14,619 bases of DNA from Caldisphaera sp. (GTDB lineage Archaea; Thermoproteota; Thermoprotei_A; Sulfolobales; Acidilobaceae), in contig JBMFKU010000028.1 of the NCBI GenBank assembly GCA_049971805.1, positions 1-14,619 of the forward strand, given 5' to 3'. Under the pieces are notes generated by a model, which worked only from the letters and a program-made list of their open reading frames with translations, had not been told where the DNA came from and made no database searches. Shown in pieces: positions 8,437 through 14,619 of this stretch (its first letter is position 1; every line of letters begins with the position of its first letter). The position numbers were made by a program, and so were the translations under genes.

Positions 8437-10399
8437 TTATCCACCTCTAGGAATTAAATACCATGTAGCATTAACTTCAACAACAGGTGAAAATGGATAA
8501 TAATTAAAGTTTAGCCATGAATTTAGTTGCGTTTCAAACCATGGGCTTGCGGGATTTTCACTGGGCCCTCCTGGGAATATTGAATAAAATTGATTAGTTG
8601 CTGGGGAATCTACTATCCTTAAACTTGGTCCTTCACTAACAATTAGTGGAATAGAAATTGTACCATTGAAGTTAAAGTAAGCTGCTGATGGAGTAAAACC
8701 ATCACCCCATATGGGTATTGGGCCATAATTGAGAGATGAAATTCCAGCAGGATTTATGAGCTCTAATACATGTACGTTACCCCATTTCCAATTAGAAATA
8801 TTACCCAGCTTACTTGATAAATAACTCATTGCCTCATTATAAGACAAATTAACTACTTTACAAAAACTTCCATTAAATAATGATGAATTCGGATTATGTG
8901 TCGCAAAATACGCTAGATCGCTTGTAATTAAAGTATCAGTTCCATAAAAACCAACTGTACCTGTTAGCAAATTCTTATATTGGGTTAATCCATGTTCATT
9001 TAAAACTGGGTTAACTACATTATTTATTATGTTCAATAAAGTATATGTATAAATTGTTGGTGCAACCTCGTTTTGATAAAATGTATAATTCCATGCTGAT
9101 AACAACAAAACACCTTCTTTAAGATTATTTGAAAAGTTCTCATTTTTTAAGCATGAAACCATTACAGGATCTAATATGGAAGCCCATGAATCAGTTACAT
9201 TACTTTGCAAAGATTCCATATCTGAGATAGTCATGTTCCTATGAGAATTCAAATATCTATATATTGTTAACGCCCTTCCATCAGAGACCCAATAACCTCC
9301 AACAAATGGGTACGGATAATCTATAAATGCTGTTGGTTGATTTGGTGCAAAGGCAAAGCCCCTTTCAGGGTTAATTGATTGAGGCAAGTAATTAAACGGT
9401 ATATAACCAACAGGTTCATAATTAGGTATTGATCCATTTAAGATAGTTCTACCACCAACAACCTCTACACTTTCATTATTTGGTAATGTAATCCTTATTA
9501 AAGGATAGAGGCCCGCTGTAATAAATCCTGTCTCATTCTTTGAAACCATTGCTAAATTCTGTGTTGGCTCAACCCAATATCTTGCTGCATTTAATAATTG
9601 AGAGAAATTTGTTGAATTATCCAATAGGAATTCGGATATCAATGTTAAGAATGGATAATATTGATTTACCAAATAAAGGCTTATACCCATTTTTAATGTA
9701 TTGTTATAAGAAACTAAAGGCCCGTTATTTGTATAATAAATTGTATATTTTTTGTTCAATAAAGTAAAATTATACTCCTTTAAAGGTAACCATTCACCAT
9801 TAAATAGATAAGAATGGTTTTCCATATTTACAATTTCTAAATAAGCGTTGCTAGACGCACCTAAAGGAGTTGTCAATCCCCATGCAGTATTTTCCGTATG
9901 ACCTATCAAAACACCTGGTTCTCCAACTAATTCATAACCAGTTACGTTTAATCTAGGAGATACTAATTGTAATGGAAGCCATAATGACGGATCATATAAA
10001 GTTAAATGCGGATCGTTAGCCATCATTGGGTATCCAGTACTGCTGTAATTACCAGTAACTTCCCATTCATTGCTACCTAAATCAACAAAGCTTAATGGAT
10101 CTGAGCATATTTCATTAAGAGATGAGATAATTAATGGGATTGCCTTATATAAGGTTTCATTACTTAATCCATTTGCAAAATTGCTATAAAAGTTCAATGA
10201 CCAAAAATATGAAGGACTTATATTAAAGCTTTGAAGATTTAAGTTATTAACAGTTCCATTGCCTGGCATTGCTGTTAAAGAACCATTTGTATAATAAGGG
10301 TAATATGGGAAAAGTTCTTGAGTTAAATTGTAGCCTAAATGTGTATAAATTAAAGAAAGCCTTAGTTCATCGCAAAAACCTTTGGCTAATCCCCATGAC
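8437..10399 (-). pseudogene. Penicillin acylase family (S45, Ntn-hydrolase), 5'-truncated by an IS605-family element
   Basis: GSNEWEVTGNYSSTGYPMMANDPHL (beta-chain N-terminal Ser at 10074-10072), PGVLIGHTENTAWGLT, WKWGNVH and PGGPSENPASPWF. The signal peptide and most of the alpha chain are missing, and the ORF-track TTG start (10413) lies inside the element's left end. The remaining frame is intact. Confidence 0.88.
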
Positions 10400-10437
10400 A
10401 AAATGAACGACAAGCCTCGCCCCTTCTAGGGACGGGG

Positions 10438-10463
10438 TAAAGCTTTTAAATAGAGCTTTTAAA
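10438..10463. promoter_or_regulatory. Duplicated TATA-like motif inside the element's left end
   Basis: AGCTTTTAAA occurs twice (10441-10450 and 10454-10463). It reads as TTTTAAA/TTTAAAA, a TATA-like box on either strand. Confidence 0.5.
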
Positions 10464-10485
10464 CTTTGAAATACATAAAAGTATT

Positions 10486-10779
10486 GTGAAAACAATAAGG
10501 TGTGTGGGGAAGCCCATAATGGGCATACCATGTGTGTGTAGTGTCCCCACCCACACAGATACATATCCCTGAGTCCCTAGGATCTGGGAGCAGAGGGCAA
10601 CTCCCAGTGAGGGATAGGGGTAATGGGCTGAAGACCCAGCCAGTGGTCTACCGCTGGATGAACGGAGCGGGGTGGGTAATTCCCACTAGCTATGAGGTGA
10701 TGAAAATGAAGGTGGTAAACCACGAACCTGTGAGCCACCCTGGGGGAACCCTCGCCCTTCAGGGCGGGGAGGAGGTCAG
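10486..10779 (+). pseudogene. tnpB: tnpB remnant (5' leader fused to 3' tail; nuclease domains deleted)
   Basis: VGKPIMGIP / VSPPTQ (resembles, from recall, the extreme N-terminus of crenarchaeal tnpB ORFs) joins at about 10560 to HIPESLGSGSRGQLPVRDRGNGLKTQPVVYRW...GTLAL. No RuvC or zinc-finger motifs remain. Confidence 0.7.
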
Positions 10780-10799
10780 CCACCTACTGCTAGGCTTGA
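10562..10799 (+). ncRNA. Putative omega-RNA/reRNA (TnpB guide scaffold plus about 20 nt of flank-derived guide)
   Basis: Position at the tnpB 3' end / right end, where IS605-family reRNAs are known to arise. Stems: TATCCCT 10564-70/AGGGATA 10610-16; CTGGGAG 10584-90/CTCCCAG 10601-07; CCGCT 10651-55/AGCGG 10666-70; GTGGG 10672-76/CCCAC 10682-86; GTGGT 10712-16/ACCAC 10719-23; right-end hairpin. Boundaries are inferred. Confidence 0.55.
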
Positions 10800-10879
10800 T
10801 AAGTGGTTGAGGGCTTAGTCCCTACGCTTGATCATGAATGAAGATTAAGATGATTGAAATGAAAGTAAGAGCAAACAGT
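10780..10879 (+). mobile_element. Probable 3'-end remnant of a second, different tnpB element (IS607/ISC1904-like)
   Basis: Reads PPTARLDKWLRA*SLRLIMNED, then in another frame KMIEMKVRANS. This resembles from recall the WLRAKSL...KMIEMKV tail of Sulfolobales IS607-type TnpBs. It is not acylase sequence and is more GC-rich than the spacer that follows. Confidence 0.5.
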
Positions 10880-10984
10880 ATCAAGCTGGTAAAAAATATT
10901 AATATTAAAATATTTTTAATTTTTATTTATTTTTATCAAGATAAATATAAATTTAACTCCATATTATTACCTAAGGGGATGCAA

Positions 10985-12274
10985 ATGGTTTATGGTCTAA
11001 ATAAAAACCAATGGATACAGGTAATATCTGCATGGCTTGGTTGGCTTTTAGATGGCTATACAACTATTGCATATGCGTTGGTTGCATTAACAATATCTTC
11101 CGTTTTCTTTCCTCCCTATTTAAAAGTTTTAGGTATTGTCTTAACTTTTGCAGGTTTTGGGGTTGGTGCATTAGCTAGATCAATAGGTTCTTTAGTTTTA
11201 GGCAACTTTTTAGGAGATAAAATGGGAAGAAAAAATATGCTTGTTATTACAATCTTAGGCTTTTCCTTTTTATCTGCATCAAAAAGTGTATTGCCTGGTT
11301 ATAATAAGTTAGGGATTTTTTCACCAATTCTTTTATATCTAATATTATTTTTCGAAGGCTTGTTTGCAGGCGCAGAATATGGGGGAGGGTCAACTTTAGC
11401 TATGGAAAGTACTCCTCCAGATAAAAGAGGTTTTGTAGGTAGCTTTGTGCAAAGTGGATATGGAACAGGTTACTTTATTGTTTCTTTGGTTTTGGCATTT
11501 ATTTCTATGATAACAGGAAAATCCTTCTCAACAATAGGATGGAGAATATTATTTGCAACAGCTATCATTCCTGGTATAATTGCTTTTGCAATAAGAATAT
11601 TTGCTAAGGAAACAAACATATTCGAAGAAATGAAAGAAAAAAAGGAAATAGAAAAGATTCCATTGAAATCTTTGTTTAAATACTCTCCAAAACAAATGAT
11701 TATTGGATTGCTCATAACAACAGGTCTCCTTGCTATTAATACAGCGACTTTTTCCTTTTGGCCTTCCGTTATGTATAATTTAAAATATAATGAAGAAATA
11801 ATTGGCTTTTCAGTTGCTGTAATTAATCTAGTATCTTTATTCGGTGTATGGTTTGGTGGTTTTTTGGCTGATATAATAGGTGGTAGGAAAAAGCCTATGA
11901 TTATTTATGGAATAATTTTTGCATTTTTATCGTATTTTTTAATTAAGTATGGCTATACAGAAAAATTAACCATTTTTGTAACTCTATTTTCAATTCAGGC
12001 TTTTATTGAGGCTATGATATTTTCAACAATACCAGCTTTTCTATCAGAATTGTTTAGTAAAAAGTATAGAACAACTGCTGTTGGATTTACATATAATGGT
12101 GGAGCAATTATAGGAGGCTTTGCAATAAGTTTTATTTATGCAATTTCATTCATAGGTTTGGTAAACGCATGGCTAATAATCCTATATGTTTTTACTATAA
12201 TAATGTTGATAGGCATATTTTTGGCCCCAGAAACTTGGAGAAAATCAGCTAATGAAGACATGATAAAAAGGTGA
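10985..12274 (+). CDS. MFS transporter (metabolite:H+ symporter-like, 429 aa)
   Basis: About 12 TM segments; WLGWLLDGY, GDKMGRK (motif A), GLFAGAEYGG, ADIIGGRK and SELFSKKYRTTA. AAGGGGA precedes ATG 10985. The ORF-track extension from 10838 runs through the IS remnant and AT-rich promoter. Confidence 0.92.
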   Translation: MVYGLNKNQWIQVISAWLGWLLDGYTTIAYALVALTISSVFFPPYLKVLGIVLTFAGFGVGALARSIGSLVLGNFLGDKMGRKNMLVITILGFSFLSASKSVLPGYNKLGIFSPILLYLILFFEGLFAGAEYGGGSTLAMESTPPDKRGFVGSFVQSGYGTGYFIVSLVLAFISMITGKSFSTIGWRILFATAIIPGIIAFAIRIFAKETNIFEEMKEKKEIEKIPLKSLFKYSPKQMIIGLLITTGLLAINTATFSFWPSVMYNLKYNEEIIGFSVAVINLVSLFGVWFGGFLADIIGGRKKPMIIYGIIFAFLSYFLIKYGYTEKLTIFVTLFSIQAFIEAMIFSTIPAFLSELFSKKYRTTAVGFTYNGGAIIGGFAISFIYAISFIGLVNAWLIILYVFTIIMLIGIFLAPETWRKSANEDMIKR

Positions 12275-12278
12275 AAAA

Positions 12279-13163
12279 ATGAAAATTATTAATGGTTTTA
12301 AAATATGCGGTTATGAGGATGAAATTGCTTTATCAGGTATAACAGCTATTTTTCCAAAAAAAGGAAATATAGCTAGTGTTTACGTTGCAGGAGGATCTCC
12401 AGGAACAAGGGATACAGAAGTTATAGATCTTGAAAGAAGAGAAAATCATGAAGTAAATGCAATAGCAATAGTGGGAAGGAGCATGTATGGCTTAAGAGCT
12501 GTAGAAGGTATTGTCGAATCATTAAGGAAAGATGGAGTTGGATTTAAAGTAAATGATAATATAATTGTTCCCATAGTTCCTGCAGCCGTAATATTTGACT
12601 TTTATTATAATGATATCTTGCCTGATGAGTCATGGGGGATTAAATGCTATAAAAATATGGGTGATGAAGTTATAATTGGAGATCATTGGGCAGGAAAAGG
12701 TGCAACTGTTGGAAAACTTATGGGAATTAAATATATGATGAAAAGTGGTCAAGGTTTCTATAAGGAATCCATTGGAAATGTTGAAATAGGTGTATTAAGT
12801 GTTGTCAATTCTATAGGAGAAGTTGTAAATGAAAAGAATGAAATAATTGCTGGGGTTAAAGTAAAAGACAAAATCATGCCATTTAATGAAATTATAAAGA
12901 ACAAATTACTGAAAAAATCTTATATAAATACAACTGTTTCAATAGTTATGACTAATGTGAAGGCAACTCCTGAGCAGGTTAAGTTGTTTGCTAAATCAGC
13001 ATACATAGGTTTATCAAGGAGGATCAGACCCTTTAGTTTATCACTAGATGGCGATATAGTTTTCGCTGTAACAACAAATGAAGTTGAAGAGGATTTAGAT
13101 TTAATTAGAGGGGCGATAGAGGATATAGCATCTAAAAGTGTTTTATCTATATGGGGATTATAG
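12279..13163 (+). CDS. P1/S58 (DmpA-like) self-processing amidohydrolase, Asn/Thr (NylC/ThnT-type) cleavage site
   Basis: GGSPGTRDTE, VPIVPAAVIFD, GKGATVGK, VVNSIG, N217-T218-T autoprocessing motif and D257-G-D259. AGGTGA SD overlaps the MFS stop. Confidence 0.88.
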   Translation: MKIINGFKICGYEDEIALSGITAIFPKKGNIASVYVAGGSPGTRDTEVIDLERRENHEVNAIAIVGRSMYGLRAVEGIVESLRKDGVGFKVNDNIIVPIVPAAVIFDFYYNDILPDESWGIKCYKNMGDEVIIGDHWAGKGATVGKLMGIKYMMKSGQGFYKESIGNVEIGVLSVVNSIGEVVNEKNEIIAGVKVKDKIMPFNEIIKNKLLKKSYINTTVSIVMTNVKATPEQVKLFAKSAYIGLSRRIRPFSLSLDGDIVFAVTTNEVEEDLDLIRGAIEDIASKSVLSIWGL

Positions 13164-14399
13164 ATGGATATAGATGATGCCATAGATGCAATAAAGAAAG
13201 ATATGATAAATTTTTTAATAAAAATTATAAACATACCTACGGAAAATCCTCCAGGATTAAATTATGAAAAGTTTGTTGATTATGTTTCAGAATACTTAAA
13301 ATCAATAGATTACAAAGTAGAAATAGTGAAGCCTAATAAAGAAGAGCTAAAGCAACTTGTTAAATTTGGAGAAGGTGAAAGGCCTAATATAGTTGCAACT
13401 TATGGAAATGGCGGAGTAAAAATAGGCTTTAATTCTCATTACGATGTAGTTCCTTCTGGTAAAGGGTGGTCTCACGATCCATATAATGCTGTGATAGAAA
13501 ATGGAAAAATATATGGAAGAGGATCATCTGATATGAAATCTGGTATAGCTGTACAATTATTCGCAGTAGAAGTATTAAAGATGCTCTATGATATAAAAAA
13601 TATTACAGTTAAACAATTTATTGTGCCAGATGAAGAAACTGTAGGCAATAGAAACGCTGGCACCTATTATCTAGTAGAAAAAGGGTATATAAACAAAAAG
13701 AATTTGGATTATTTAATTTTTACCGAACCATTAAATCCAACAAACATTGGAATTGGCCATAGAGGTGCATTATGGGGCTTTTTTAAGCTAAAAGGAATAA
13801 AGTCTCATGGAGGCTTTCCGCAAAAAGGTGGAGATACCATAAGATGCGCAGCTAAAATAATAAACTATATCTATGAAATATTAGAGAATGGATCTAATAT
13901 TGTATCAAAATATCCTATTATACCAGAATCATCTAGAAGGCCTTCATATTTGGTAGGCACAATAAATGGAGGTGATTGGATGAACACAGTTTCTGATTAT
14001 TTAACTTTCTCTTATGTTAGAAGGATTGTACCAGAAGAAAAAATTGATTCTGCTATTAATGAAATAAATGATATAATTGATTATGGTAAAAGAACATGTC
14101 CAAATGTTAATATAGAATTCGATCAGTATTATATTACAGATAGTATAATATTTGAAAATAGTCAGGGGGTTAAATTAATAAGTAAGATAATAAAAGATGT
14201 CTATAGCGTTGAGCCTATCTTAGTTTTATCCCCAGGAACATTTGATATTAGGTTTGTATATAATAAAGGTATTGACACATTTAATTATGGTCCAGGATTA
14301 CTGGAAATGGCACATGCAACTGATGAATACGTTTATATAGAAGATTTGGTAAAATCTACAAAAGTTATTGCTTTGTTTTTAAAACAATTCATTAAATAG
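13164..14399 (+). CDS. M20 family metallopeptidase/deacylase (ArgE/DapE-like)
   Basis: HYDVVP, YGRGSSDMKSG, PDEE, TEP, SHGG and AHATDE metal/catalytic motifs. ATG directly abuts the upstream TAG. Confidence 0.92.
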   Translation: MDIDDAIDAIKKDMINFLIKIINIPTENPPGLNYEKFVDYVSEYLKSIDYKVEIVKPNKEELKQLVKFGEGERPNIVATYGNGGVKIGFNSHYDVVPSGKGWSHDPYNAVIENGKIYGRGSSDMKSGIAVQLFAVEVLKMLYDIKNITVKQFIVPDEETVGNRNAGTYYLVEKGYINKKNLDYLIFTEPLNPTNIGIGHRGALWGFFKLKGIKSHGGFPQKGGDTIRCAAKIINYIYEILENGSNIVSKYPIIPESSRRPSYLVGTINGGDWMNTVSDYLTFSYVRRIVPEEKIDSAINEINDIIDYGKRTCPNVNIEFDQYYITDSIIFENSQGVKLISKIIKDVYSVEPILVLSPGTFDIRFVYNKGIDTFNYGPGLLEMAHATDEYVYIEDLVKSTKVIALFLKQFIK

Positions 14400-14589
14400 C
14401 ATTTAATTAATTATTAAGTTCGGAATTGTATTAATCATATGATACCTAAAGCTGTGCCAACTAGAAGATCTTGTAGAAATAAGAGGCGACACACTTAGGT
14501 ATGTAATCAAGCTATACTTGGATTCGTGTATCTTTATCCTTCAGACGCGGGCTAAATCCTTTAAAATCGTGATAGCAGAACCTTTAGTC

Positions 14590-14619
14590 ATGGAACTTAA
14601 GGTGATAATTGTGGACGGC
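14590..14619 (+). CDS. 5' end of a gene running off the window (MELKVIIVDG...)
   Basis: ATG 14590 with TTTAAAA at 14560-14566 (about -27, leaderless-type spacing). Only 10 codons are visible, so no product is assigned. Confidence 0.45.
   Translation, partial: MELKVIIVDG

Larger units (their letters stand above)
10400..10779 (+). mobile_element. Non-autonomous miniature IS200/IS605-family element (internally deleted tnpB element, 380 bp)
   Basis: GC-rich island. Left-end hairpin CCTCGCCCCT-TCT-AGGGACGGGG (10415-10437) is preceded by CAAG. A near-identical right-end hairpin CCTCGCCCT-TC-AGGGCGGGG (10750-10769) is preceded by GAAC and followed by AGGAGG-TCAG. No terminal inverted repeats or target-site duplication. 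Internal HIPESLG...GTLALQGGEEVS resembles the C-terminal tail of crenarchaeal TnpB. Confidence 0.85.

Noticed and set aside
10367-10783. Minus-strand ORFs 10367-10564 and 10577-10783
   Set aside because: Antisense by-products of the GC-rich element. No TnpA HUH/Tyr motifs are visible.
10532-10810. 92-aa ORF as a functional protein
   Set aside because: It is the fused leader and tail of a deleted tnpB reading through the right end, with no catalytic domains.
10838-10984. 49-aa N-terminal extension of the MFS ORF
   Set aside because: It runs through the IS remnant (MIEMKV) and the AT-rich promoter. The SD supports ATG 10985.
2769-13234. Short shadow ORFs 2769-2969, 4038-4244, 6344-6532, 9540-9767, 11470-11715 and 12920-13234
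   Set aside because: All lie antisense within well-supported genes and have no recognisable motifs.
14530-14567. Weak resemblance (CCTTCAG..GCGGG.TAAA..CTTTAAA) to the IS605 left end
   Set aside because: The hairpin does not pair and there is no CAAG guide. It is more simply the promoter of the gene at 14590.
14443-14589. Open frame continuous with ATG 14590
   Set aside because: No supported upstream start or SD, and the TATA spacing favours 14590.

Overview
AT-rich window with archaeal features (GGTGA Shine-Dalgarno motifs, TATA boxes, and PaREP1 and thermopsin families), most consistent with a thermoacidophilic crenarchaeon (Sulfolobales/Acidilobales-like; this is an inference). It is an accessory region rich in amide/ester hydrolases. 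In order: PaREP1 pseudogene, an orphan ORF, an OsmC-family gene, a decayed nitrilase-family gene, a coupled alpha/beta-hydrolase + metallo-beta-lactamase-fold pair, a membrane-anchored thermopsin-like protein with four 59-aa repeats, an acidic orphan, a small membrane protein, a 5'-truncated penicillin-acylase (S45) gene, and an MFS + P1/S58 (NylC/ThnT-type) + M20 operon. The most informative non-coding feature is a 380-bp GC-rich, internally deleted IS200/IS605-family element (10400-10779). It keeps both end hairpins, a TATA box and the omega-RNA-bearing tnpB 3' region. It sits right after TGAC inside the acylase gene, yet its right flank (the would-be guide) looks like the 3' end of a different tnpB rather than the rest of the acylase. 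All family calls come from motif recognition, not database searches.
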